Source: Candidatus Woesearchaeota archaeon
Lineage (GTDB): Archaea > Nanobdellota > Nanobdellia > Woesearchaeales > 0-14-0-80-44-23
Reading direction: 5' to 3'
Length of the DNA: 64,000 nucleotides
Assembly (NCBI GenBank): GCA_038874135.1
Contig: JAVZCZ010000001.1
Span: forward strand, 1 to 64,000
Part shown: positions 29,917 through 38,590 of the stretch, piece after piece
Layout of the letters: every line of letters begins with the position of its first letter
How positions within the stretch are numbered: position 1 is the stretch's first letter
Made by a program: the position numbers and the translations under genes
The notes under the pieces: model-generated
What the model was told of the DNA's origin: nothing
Database searches by the model: none
What the model saw: only the letters and a program-made list of their open reading frames with translations

Positions 29917-29958
29917 AGTTTGGGGTTTGGCTTTTATTATTTAAATCTTGCCATTTTT

Positions 29959-30501
29959 TTATTCTTTTTCCCTACTTTCTAATTCCTGGCTGAGCATCCT
30001 CTCTAGGGAGCTGAGAAGCTCGTCCTTTTGCATCACGCTCCTTCCGCTTATTATGATGGTGGATCCGCTGTTTATCTTAATCTCGCTGTGCGTCCTTTCA
30101 AGTTCGCTCCACCAGCTGTACTGGATTGTTGCTTCTAAATTCTTTTCGGGAAGTGCGAGGATGCCGCTTCCCTTAGCCATCTCTCTTACTTTGTGGATGT
30201 GTTTCCTGTTCATTCTTACTGCTTCAAAGAACCCGTAGTTTCCGAGCCTGTCTGTCGGGATGTGAATTCTGTTTGTTATGAGGTATATTTTGTCTCCTGA
30301 GGGCGGTTGGAGTGCGAACTCTTCATCGTAGTACCTTATACTTTTAACTTCTTCTAAGATTAGCTTGTTTCCCTTGAAGGTTGGAACTTTTGTGAGGTAT
30401 TTTCGCCTGCTGATGAATTCGCTGTTTAGAAAGTCAATTATCTTGTTGTTTTTTATGTAGTGTTCGTATTCTCTCTTTTCAATTTCATCTTCCTGTATCA
30501 T
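29959..30501 (-). CDS. Hypothetical protein
   Basis: 180-aa ORF overlapping the stop of the upstream gene; no recognised motif. Confidence 0.6.
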   Translation of the reverse strand: MIQEDEIEKREYEHYIKNNKIIDFLNSEFISRRKYLTKVPTFKGNKLILEEVKSIRYYDEEFALQPPSGDKIYLITNRIHIPTDRLGNYGFFEAVRMNRKHIHKVREMAKGSGILALPEKNLEATIQYSWWSELERTHSEIKINSGSTIIISGRSVMQKDELLSSLERMLSQELESREKE

Positions 30502-31612
30502 TTTGTCGTGGCGTGAAGATGGGATCGTAAACTTTTATGTTTGCCTTGCTTTTTAGCTCTTCTATCAGCTGTAGTACTAGCGTGTTTCGTATGCTGTTTT
30601 TCAGCCCCTGTTCTAGCTGGTCTCTTATCTCTTCGTAAGGTATTGTGTCTGCTTCCCTTTTGAATATGTAGTATGTGTTGTTGTATAGTATTGGGGCTGT
30701 TATCTCTCCTACTCTGAGTGGGAGCACCTCTTTGGAGATCTCTGCTGGTAGGGTTGTCTTCTTTATGAATCCTAGGTCTCCTCCGTATGCTGCCGTCCTG
30801 TCTATGGATTCGTAGCGTGCGAATGTTGCGAAGTTGCTGCTGTTGTTTTTTAGCATCAGGTATACCTGTTCTGCCTTTTCGCTGGAGTTTAATGCTATGA
30901 GCCTTAGCCTTATGCTTCCCTGCGGTGCTGTGTATCTCTCTCTTGTTTCGTTGTAGAAGTTTATTATGTCCTGTTCTGTGACGCTCACTTTTGGTTCTAT
31001 GCTTTCGTTTACGAATCTTATTATGCTAATCTCCTCTGCGTAGTAGTGCGCTAGTTCTTTTTCGCTTATTCTGCGGGAATCCATTATGCTTCTTATGAGT
31101 TCTTCTGTTAGCCCGCTCCGGTTTATTGCCTCTTTTAGGAGTTGTGCTCCCTCATTATAAGAGGAGTATATTCCGTTCTTGCGCGCCTGCTGTAATAGGA
31201 GCTTTCTGGTTATGACCTGGTCTAGGAATGCCTTCTTGTCTACTGAGCCCTCATAGGATTGGGGCACGCCGTTTAGGAAGAGCATTATCCTCAGCTGCCT
31301 GTTGAATTCTCCGAGTGTTATCGGCTCGCCGTTTACTGTTGCGATTATTCGTGAAGAGTTGAGTATGCCTTCTGCTTTTTCCCTGAGTGCGAGGTAGCTG
31401 TTTTTTGCGTACTGGACACTCTGCTTTGGAAATGCGCATATCATTATTGTTGCAGCTAGGATGAGTAGCGCGAGTGCCACTCTGAGCTTTCTTATTCTTC
31501 TCTTTCTGTATGCGTATATTGTGTGTCTCGTCTTAACCCCGCCTTCCCCGTTATGTTTTCTTTTTTCATACTGCTCTTTTCGCGATTTTGCCCCTTTCAA
31601 TTTTTTCACCAC
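30485..31612 (-). CDS. Membrane-anchored SurA/PrsA-like parvulin foldase
   Basis: TM helix, IATVNGEPIT (SurA_N), FATFARYESID...GGDLGFI (parvulin), LKSKANIK. Confidence 0.85.
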   Translation of the reverse strand: MVKKLKGAKSRKEQYEKRKHNGEGGVKTRHTIYAYRKRRIRKLRVALALLILAATIMICAFPKQSVQYAKNSYLALREKAEGILNSSRIIATVNGEPITLGEFNRQLRIMLFLNGVPQSYEGSVDKKAFLDQVITRKLLLQQARKNGIYSSYNEGAQLLKEAINRSGLTEELIRSIMDSRRISEKELAHYYAEEISIIRFVNESIEPKVSVTEQDIINFYNETRERYTAPQGSIRLRLIALNSSEKAEQVYLMLKNNSSNFATFARYESIDRTAAYGGDLGFIKKTTLPAEISKEVLPLRVGEITAPILYNNTYYIFKREADTIPYEEIRDQLEQGLKNSIRNTLVLQLIEELKSKANIKVYDPIFTPRQNDTGR

Positions 31613-31764
31613 TTTTCTGCAATCACTTTAAAATGAATAAACCGGTTAGGACTTATCTGTTAATAAATGTTTTTCTTTTTCAGAACCCTTTTAGATTGAA
31701 ATCTTTTTAAGAAGAATAGAAAAGAATAGAACAGTTAAAAATGAAGGAAGCGCCTGGAAGCGCC

Positions 31765-33081
31765 TTATAGTTCTTGCACGCTGAGCACTCTGACCTTTAC
31801 ATCAGATGGCCTTGCCAGCACGCTGCTTCCAACCAGGATTTTCACATTTGCGTTGTCAGCCAGTCTTATGAGCTCCTTGTCTATGGGCCCGTCCAGCACT
31901 ATGGATTCAACTCCTGAGTTTATGTTTTTCAGGGTTCCGTACAGTTCTGCTACTGGAACCTTGCCCAGTATGTTTAGGCGCTCGTCAAATATGCAGGCTC
32001 CCCTTGTTCCTATCAGCTCTTCGCTCACCTTCTTGAAAACTTCTATCTGCTCCTGAGTGGGCTTTTCAAAATCCCTTCTGGAGCCCTGCTGGGGTCTCTC
32101 CCTGAGTTCCTGTCTCGGCTCGGGCCTCTTCTGTTCCCTTTCAGGCGTTCTGCCGTTCTGGATTCTTCTGACCTGCTGGTCGTGGTGCTGCTGGTAGAAT
32201 TCCTTTCTCTGCTCCTGCCTCTGGTGCTGCTGGTATTCCTGGTGTCCGTTTTCGCTTTCCAGCTTTATCTGTTCAACTGCTACCCTGCCCCTCAGGGCTT
32301 TTAGTATCTCTTTCTGGGTGAGCTCTTCTACTTCCTTTCCGTCAGGAGCCTTTGCAACATAGTCTATGTCGGTTACAGCCATCATCGCCTTCGTGATTAT
32401 GTCCCCGCCCCTGTCCCCGTCTACAAAGAGGGTGACGGTCTTCTGCCTGCAAAGCTCAGCTACATCTTCCGGGATGTTGGTGCCGTTGATTCCTATCACA
32501 TTCTTTATTCCGTGCTTTAGAAGGTTTAGAACATCTGCCCTGCCCTCTACTACTATTATCTCTTCAGAGTCGGCTATTGCAGGTCCTGCCGGGCTTCTGC
32601 TCTTTCCGTACTCCTGTACTTCCATCATCTTTATTGATTCTGCAACCTCTTGTGCCAGCTCTTGAGAGTCGGGCATTGTTGTCTTCATCCACGCCTGCAG
32701 GAGCTCCTTCGCCCTTTCCAGGATTTGCTTTCTCTTTATTATTCTGACATCTTCTATCTTATCAACTGTTATCTTTGCCTCGCAGGGGCCTATTCTCTGT
32801 ATTACTTCCAGGGCTGCGGCTACTATTGCTGTTTCAGCCATGTCCAGGGATGAGGGTATCTGTATTATTCCCGTGGTCTTTCCGCCTTTGGTGTCGTAGC
32901 TTACCTCTATCCTGCCTATTCTTCCTGAGCGTTGGAGCTCTCTCAGTTCAAGTTCAGTTCCGAGAAGGCCTTCTGTCTGTCCGAATATTGCTCCTATGAC
33001 ATCTGGCCTTTCTACAACTCCTTCTATTGAGATTGTAGCGTGTATTATGTATTTTGCTGATATCGGGCTTATTTTTCCCAT
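31765..33081 (-). CDS. dnaG: Archaeal DnaG (Toprim; exosome-associated)
   Basis: [45 protein letters not shown]; Gln-rich linker. Confidence 0.96.
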   Translation of the reverse strand: MGKISPISAKYIIHATISIEGVVERPDVIGAIFGQTEGLLGTELELRELQRSGRIGRIEVSYDTKGGKTTGIIQIPSSLDMAETAIVAAALEVIQRIGPCEAKITVDKIEDVRIIKRKQILERAKELLQAWMKTTMPDSQELAQEVAESIKMMEVQEYGKSRSPAGPAIADSEEIIVVEGRADVLNLLKHGIKNVIGINGTNIPEDVAELCRQKTVTLFVDGDRGGDIITKAMMAVTDIDYVAKAPDGKEVEELTQKEILKALRGRVAVEQIKLESENGHQEYQQHQRQEQRKEFYQQHHDQQVRRIQNGRTPEREQKRPEPRQELRERPQQGSRRDFEKPTQEQIEVFKKVSEELIGTRGACIFDERLNILGKVPVAELYGTLKNINSGVESIVLDGPIDKELIRLADNANVKILVGSSVLARPSDVKVRVLSVQEL

Positions 33082-33119
33082 CTTAATCCCTCCTCTGAGT
33101 AAGTTTTTTGTTTATGATT

Positions 33120-33291
33120 TTTTCAAGCGGTTTTAGAACAAGCGATTTTTCACTTGTGGGAATGCGTGTTCGGAATTAGTTCAGAAATTCTAAAAGGATT
33201 TCGCTCCTTTCAGTCCTGAAATTTTTTCTAATTCCTATTTTGCATCCCTCAAATGAAAGTGTGAATGTGAAGCTTGTTCCAAACTTGAAAA
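33120..33291 (-). ncRNA. ~172-nt imperfect rod-shaped hairpin RNA of unknown class
   Basis: Nested stems UUUUCAAG/CUUGAAAA, UUUGGAACAAGC/GCUUGUUCUAAA, UUUCAUUUG/CAAGUGAAA, GGGA/UCCC, GGAAUUAG/CUAAUUCC, CUGAAAGGA/UCCUUUUAG; G-U pairs mainly on the minus strand. Confidence 0.55.
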
Positions 33292-33292
33292 T

Positions 33293-33373
33293 GCTTGTGG
33301 CCCGTTTTACTAACCCCCGGGTTCATTGCAGGGCTTTCGCCGTGTGCTCCCGCGGGTACTCTCGTAACGGGCC
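33293..33373 (-). ncRNA. Archaeal box H/ACA pseudouridylation guide RNA (predicted target 23S H69 Psi1917, E. coli numbering)
   Basis: P1 GGCCCGUU/AACGGGCC followed directly by ACA; pocket GAGAGU + UAGU; ACCC/GGGU upper stem; Kt-7-like K-turn; GAAA tetraloop; own TATA at 33398-33405. Confidence 0.8.
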
Positions 33374-33474
33374 TTGAGTTTAGTTTTTCTGTTCTTGTAT
33401 TTAAACCTTTGCGTTTGTTTCAACTTTAAAATATATTTTGTAGAAAATTCTTTTTTGGTACTCTGCTGTTCTTC

Positions 33475-36243
33475 TCACCTTTTTTCTTCCTGCCGGCTTT
33501 CAGTTGCTTCTTGTTCCTCATTCCAAATCTTTTCGTATTCGTTCTCGTTTTCGTTCCAGCTCTTTTGCTCTTTCGTATCTGTGCTTATGCCCTGTTCAAG
33601 TTCCGCTGCTTCTTTGCTCTTCTTTCCAATCTTGGCAATGACCTGCCTGTGCATCCTTCTTAGGAATTCTGTTCGGTCTTCCATCTTGAGCAGGTCTAGG
33701 TAGCCCTGCGCTATGAGGTTGAATGCGAATGGGCTGGGAATTTTGGTGTTTATCTCTGAAATCTTTATGCTGCCCTCTTCTATTCCCCTTACTACTTTTG
33801 AGGCGTTTTCTATGTCCATGACATCGTGCAGGACTTCCCTTCTCGCCTCTCTGAGTATGCAGAAGTCCGGGGATATCCTCTTGACTGCGTTTATAAGTAT
33901 CATTGAGGAGACCTGCTGTCTGCCCACGCTTTGTGTTCTTCCCTTGTAGCTTCTGAGTATCATTAGGGCACGGGCTGCGCAGTGTCTGAACCTTCTTGCG
34001 AGCACTTCTGTCTTGTCTATTGCTGCTTTCATCACTAGTTCAAGCTTGTCACTCTTCAGCATCTTCAGAGCCTTTAATGCCTGCACGGGCTTTTTTGAGG
34101 CTATGTAGAAGCCGTTATCGTTGATTCCTATCTCAATATCTGTGTGCTGTATGCTTGCAGCTGCGTAGCCGACTGCTCTTGAGAGGCAATCGTTGACTCT
34201 TCTTCCGTAGAGCGTGTGGAATATTGCGTAGTGCTTCTGCTTTTCCCGGTTTCCCTCTTCTGAGTAGTATTCTATTACTATCTTTCTGTCATGAGGTATC
34301 TCAGCGTATAGGTGCTGTTCTAGCATGTATCTGTATATTGCGCTTGCCGAGTTTTCGTCTACATACAGGTAGGAGTTTATGAATTTTAGGATTTCTCCTT
34401 TCGGTTCTCCAGCTTTTAACTTTTCTTCTATTAGGCGTCTGAATGAGCCGATTGCCAGTGCCAGGTCAAAGCTTAGCGGTAGCGTTTCTGAGAACCACGA
34501 GGGAACTGTGGGCATCTTGCCCTCTGCTGCGGAGACATATGCTACCTGGCCCCTTGCATATTTGAAGCGGTATGTTTCTCCGCCGAGTACAAATATGTCT
34601 CCCGGTTTGAGCTTTTCCAGGAAAGCCTCGTCAATCTTGCCTATGATTGTTTCTCCTTCCTTGACTACTACTGCGCTCTCTTCAGGTATGGTGCCTATGT
34701 TGGTCATGTACAGCATTCTCATGAGCGGGCCCCTTCTGCCTATCATTCCAGTTTCAGGATCGTACCATATCTTTGCGTATATGTGTCTGTCTTCCAGGTT
34801 TCCGTACTGGCCTGTCAGATAATCTATTACCTCGTTGTAGTCTCTTCTTTCCAGGTTGTGGTAGCAGTAGCTCCTTTTTATGAGTTTGAAGAGTTCTTCT
34901 ATGTGTATCTTTTGAGAAACTGCGATTCCTACTATCTGCTGTGCCAGTACGTCCAGGCAGTTTGTGGGTATGTGTATCCTGTCTATCTTCTTTTCAATTG
35001 CCTCTTTTAGCAGTACGCTGCACTCTACCAGGTCGTCCCTGTCCAGCACGACCATTCTTCCAACTGTTGTGTCTGAGAGTCTATGCCCGCTTCTGCCTAT
35101 TCTTTGTAGGGCTCTTGCAACTGTTTTCGGGCTTCCTAATAGTATTACCAGGTCTATGTAGCCTATGTCAATTCCCAGTTCTAAGGAAGTGCTGGACACT
35201 ATGCATTTCAGCCTGCCCTCTCTAAGCCTTCTTTCCATGTCCAAGCGGTGTGATTTGGAGAGTGAGCCGTGGTGCGCTCCTATTCTGGGTATGTCTTCCG
35301 GGGCAGTGTTTTCATCTATGAGGACATAGTTTTTTGGGAACTTTTCTTTAAGGTGATAGACCACCCTTTCAGTGGCTGATCTCGTGTTTGTGAATATGAG
35401 GGTTGTCTTGTGCGCCTGTATCAGGCTGTCTAGGAGCTGGTACATCTTGTCGTGCATTGTTTGAAATTCTGCTTCTATCAGGTCTGGAACCGGGCTGAGC
35501 ACTTTTAGGTCCATCTTCTTTATTGAGTCAACATTGATTATGGTGCAGTCCCTCTCTCTTCCCGAATCTTCATAGCCTACGAGGAATTTGGCAACTTCTT
35601 CTATAGGCGCTATGGTTGCTGAAAGTCCTATTCTTGAGAAGTGGTTTTCCTGCTGCATTCTTTCTATGCTTAGTGAGAGATGAACGCCCCTCTTGCTCTC
35701 TGCAAGGGCGTGTATCTCATCTACTATGAGCCACTCCACTCCTTTTAGGAGTGTGCTGAACTTGGCTGAGGAGAGCATTATTCCAAGGGATTCAGGGGTT
35801 GTTATTAGTATGTGCGGCGGGCTTTTGAGCATCTGCGCCTTCTGGCTCTGTGTAGTGTCTCCTGTTCTGACAGCAACCCTTATTCCAAGCTTTTTTCCGA
35901 GAATTTGCTCCATCTCTCTGAGCGGGTTTTTAAGGTTTACTTCAATGTCGTGGTTTAACGCTTTTAATGGCGATACATAGACGCAGTACACTTTATCTTC
36001 CAGCAGTTCTTTCTGTGACAGGTCTACAAGCTCGTTCAGTATTGAGAGGAAGGCTGTCAATGTTTTGGTGCTTCCTGTTGGAGCGCTTACTAGGACATTC
36101 TTTCTTGAGTGTATCTCCATAACTGCGAGCCTTTGAGGTAAGGAGAACTCTTTGAACTTTGAGAAGAACCACTTTTCAACCAGCGGGTGAAGTATTCTTC
36201 TTATCTGCTCTTCACTGTCCGGCTCCTGTTTGTATTCTAGCAT
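33475..36243 (-). CDS. lhr: Lhr-family SF2 helicase (archaeal Lhr-core type)
   Basis: APTGSTKT, SPLKALNHD, ITTPESL, DEIH, GLSAT, HHGSLS, LELGIDIG, QRIGRSGH. Confidence 0.95.
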   Translation of the reverse strand: MLEYKQEPDSEEQIRRILHPLVEKWFFSKFKEFSLPQRLAVMEIHSRKNVLVSAPTGSTKTLTAFLSILNELVDLSQKELLEDKVYCVYVSPLKALNHDIEVNLKNPLREMEQILGKKLGIRVAVRTGDTTQSQKAQMLKSPPHILITTPESLGIMLSSAKFSTLLKGVEWLIVDEIHALAESKRGVHLSLSIERMQQENHFSRIGLSATIAPIEEVAKFLVGYEDSGRERDCTIINVDSIKKMDLKVLSPVPDLIEAEFQTMHDKMYQLLDSLIQAHKTTLIFTNTRSATERVVYHLKEKFPKNYVLIDENTAPEDIPRIGAHHGSLSKSHRLDMERRLREGRLKCIVSSTSLELGIDIGYIDLVILLGSPKTVARALQRIGRSGHRLSDTTVGRMVVLDRDDLVECSVLLKEAIEKKIDRIHIPTNCLDVLAQQIVGIAVSQKIHIEELFKLIKRSYCYHNLERRDYNEVIDYLTGQYGNLEDRHIYAKIWYDPETGMIGRRGPLMRMLYMTNIGTIPEESAVVVKEGETIIGKIDEAFLEKLKPGDIFVLGGETYRFKYARGQVAYVSAAEGKMPTVPSWFSETLPLSFDLALAIGSFRRLIEEKLKAGEPKGEILKFINSYLYVDENSASAIYRYMLEQHLYAEIPHDRKIVIEYYSEEGNREKQKHYAIFHTLYGRRVNDCLSRAVGYAAASIQHTDIEIGINDNGFYIASKKPVQALKALKMLKSDKLELVMKAAIDKTEVLARRFRHCAARALMILRSYKGRTQSVGRQQVSSMILINAVKRISPDFCILREARREVLHDVMDIENASKVVRGIEEGSIKISEINTKIPSPFAFNLIAQGYLDLLKMEDRTEFLRRMHRQVIAKIGKKSKEAAELEQGISTDTKEQKSWNENENEYEKIWNEEQEATESRQEEKR

Positions 36244-36309
36244 TCAGATTCTCCTGTTTAAATTTAAACAGATTTCTCTTATTATCTGATGGATTAGAAC
36301 TTTTCAGAG

Positions 36310-37272
36310 TTACTTATTCCACCGCTCTCTTATGGGCTGGATTATACCTTCCAGGCTTTCAGCAACTGCCCCTTTAAGGTCCAGAGGGTGTATCTCTCCC
36401 TTCTGATATTTTTCTTCCAGCTCCTCATAACTCTGGAGCTCTATGCTTCCCCCGTATTTTTCAGGCCTTTCAATTTTCAGAGAGCCCTTTCTTGGGAAGA
36501 TTATCAGTTTTGCTATCTGCATTATGGGGTTGTCTTTAGCAATCTTTTCCGGGCAGTATGCCTGTCTTATAGTCTTTTTTATCTCATCGTAAGAATCTGT
36601 TACTGATATTCCCGATCCGGGTATTGACTTGGACATCTTCTCTCCAGGTCCTTTCAGTGAGGTTATTAGAGGGGTGTGCACTGCTACGAATCTGTGTCCT
36701 ATAAGCTCTGAGTTCTCCCTGCCGAGCATGTGCACTTTTCTCTGTTCCATCCCGCCTTCTGCCAGGTCAACCTTTAGGTGTTTTATGTCTGCCACCTGCA
36801 TTATCGGGTATATCAGCTGGGAGATTGTTGCGTTTTCTATGTCGCGCGCGATCTCCTGCATGCTTCTTAGGCCCCTGTTTATTGTGCACTTCTGCGCCAT
36901 TTTGAAGACGTCCAGCTGGTATTCCCTTTCGAACTGGTAGGAGCTTCCAAGGACTACCTCTGCGTCCATTCCTATTGCTTCTATTGTTTTCTTCCAGTTC
37001 TGTACTTCCCTCTTTATCTCTTCCTCTTCGCCCTTCCTGTTTAGGTAGGCGTGTATGTCTGCGAGTAGTATCTTTATTTTGAAGCCAGCCCTGTGTAGGT
37101 CCATGAGCTTTGTTATTGTTACGAAGTGTCCCAGGTGCATCGGTCCAGACGGCTCGTAACCGCAATAGGCTGTCGGGTGCTCTTTTTCTCTTAGAAGGTT
37201 CTTCAGCTCTTCTTCTGTGATTATCTCTTCAGTGTTTCTCTTTATGAGTTCAATTCTGGATTGAAAGTCCAT
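36310..37272 (-). CDS. tyrS: Tyrosine-tRNA ligase (archaeal type)
   Basis: YCGYEPSGPMHLGH, YPIMQVAD, GGMEQRKVH, KMSKS, HPLDLK. Confidence 0.95.
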   Translation of the reverse strand: MDFQSRIELIKRNTEEIITEEELKNLLREKEHPTAYCGYEPSGPMHLGHFVTITKLMDLHRAGFKIKILLADIHAYLNRKGEEEEIKREVQNWKKTIEAIGMDAEVVLGSSYQFEREYQLDVFKMAQKCTINRGLRSMQEIARDIENATISQLIYPIMQVADIKHLKVDLAEGGMEQRKVHMLGRENSELIGHRFVAVHTPLITSLKGPGEKMSKSIPGSGISVTDSYDEIKKTIRQAYCPEKIAKDNPIMQIAKLIIFPRKGSLKIERPEKYGGSIELQSYEELEEKYQKGEIHPLDLKGAVAESLEGIIQPIRERWNK

Positions 37273-37373
37273 ACTGCAGAGTTTTCCATTCCTCTCTTAT
37301 AAATCTTTCTAGAAGCGGGAATAATTAGTTGAAAAATGAAAAAGATTGTGTAAAATTAGAGAAGTTGAAATGC

Positions 37374-37826
37374 TTACTTTCTCGCCTTTTCTATCTTTCC
37401 CTTTCTCAGCGCGTCCAGGCTCTGGCCGTTCACTTTTATGACCTGCCATCTTATTCCTGAGAGGTCTCCTTTGGAGCGGCCCATCTTTCCGTGGATTGAC
37501 TCTATTACTACCTCGTCGTGTTCGTCCATCAGCTTTATCGCTCCGTCTCCCGGGCAGAAGGCAGTTACCTGTCTTCCGTTCTTTATTAGTTGGACTCTTA
37601 CGCACTTTCTCATTGCAGAGTTTGGCTGTTTAGCCTCTATCTGCACCTTTTCAAGTATTATTCCCTTAGCCTGAGGAGCTCCTTCTAAGGGGTCTGACTT
37701 CTTCTTCAGGTTGAGCATCTTCCTTACATACCACTTCTTGTTCCACCTGAACTTCGCCCTGTTCTTCTTTATCTTGCTTCCAAGGTATAGTCCTGACGAT
37801 TTCTTTTTAGACATTCTTATCTTCAC
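37374..37826 (-). CDS. rps12: 30S ribosomal protein uS12
   Basis: [28 protein letters not shown]. Confidence 0.97.
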   Translation of the reverse strand: MKIRMSKKKSSGLYLGSKIKKNRAKFRWNKKWYVRKMLNLKKKSDPLEGAPQAKGIILEKVQIEAKQPNSAMRKCVRVQLIKNGRQVTAFCPGDGAIKLMDEHDEVVIESIHGKMGRSKGDLSGIRWQVIKVNGQSLDALRKGKIEKARK

Positions 37827-37830
37827 CTTT

Positions 37831-38250
37831 TCATATTACTCTTATCTTTTCAATGTCAAAATACTTTTTTATTATCTCTTCGTGGGACTTTAAGTTTTTT
37901 GAGTCCCTGCCTATTAGCATTCCCCTGATTTTTGCGTCACCCCCCTTTATGAAGAGCACCTTGTCCTTGAGCTCTATCTTTTCAGCTCTGAGGGGCATTA
38001 TCAGGTTTCTTGCAAAAGTTGTGAGCTCGGGATTAAACTCTACTATTTTAATCTTTCTGTTCAAAGCTGTTTCTAATCTTCTTATGTTTGAGCCGCCCCT
38101 TCCTATTGCCTTTCCAATTTCGCCCTCTTCAACTACGAATGTTAGGGTGTCATCCTTTTCTTTGAAGCAGTCCTTAACCCTTGCTCCAGTCATTGCTTCA
38201 AAGAAGCTTATTGTCTTCATTAGCTCCTGGTCGTAAACTATCTTTCCCAT
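37831..38250 (-). CDS. nusA: Archaeal NusA (KH domains)
   Basis: [25 protein letters not shown]; operon position. Confidence 0.93.
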   Translation of the reverse strand: MGKIVYDQELMKTISFFEAMTGARVKDCFKEKDDTLTFVVEEGEIGKAIGRGGSNIRRLETALNRKIKIVEFNPELTTFARNLIMPLRAEKIELKDKVLFIKGGDAKIRGMLIGRDSKNLKSHEEIIKKYFDIEKIRVI

Positions 38251-38272
38251 TTTTTAGAGCTTAAAATGTGTT

Positions 38273-38542
38273 TTATGCTTTTCTTACTCCCAGGGCTGAG
38301 ATTGAGAACTGTTTCTTGCAGAGTATTCCCAACTCGTCGTTAGGAATTGTGAGCTTCTGTATTGGACAGCCGGCAGCATTTGCCCTTGCAGTTAGGTCTT
38401 TTTCTATTTTCTGAGCAGGGTTTGCCGCTAGGAATATCTGTTCAAGGTTTCCCTTGTTGAGCTCTCTAAGAACTGCCCTGCTTCCAATCACAAGCCTGTT
38501 CTCTTTAAGCATCTCCCTTATCCTGTTTGTCTCGTCAGCCAT
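38273..38542 (-). CDS. rpl30e: 50S ribosomal protein eL30
   Basis: LVIGSR...LAAN...ELGILCKKQFSISAL; position between rpoA2 and nusA. Confidence 0.88.
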   Translation of the reverse strand: MADETNRIREMLKENRLVIGSRAVLRELNKGNLEQIFLAANPAQKIEKDLTARANAAGCPIQKLTIPNDELGILCKKQFSISALGVRKA

Positions 38543-38590
38543 TTGCTATTCCTCCTTCTTATTGATTCTGATTTCTTTTTGTTTCTTCCT

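Noticed and set aside
32040-32260. Gln/Arg-rich repeats in dnaG as a repeat element
   Set aside because: In-frame low-complexity linker in the variable region of archaeal DnaG.
33299-33373. tRNA-like element (GGCCCGU/ACGGGCC-A terminal stem, ~76 nt)
   Set aside because: No T-loop, D-loop GG or anticodon arm; the K-turn, pocket and ACA explain it better as an H/ACA RNA.
33120-33373. Canonical ~300-nt archaeal 7S SRP RNA
   Set aside because: No Alu domain or helix 6, AU-rich, and the helix-8 match is imperfect; kept only as a hypothesis for the rod RNA.
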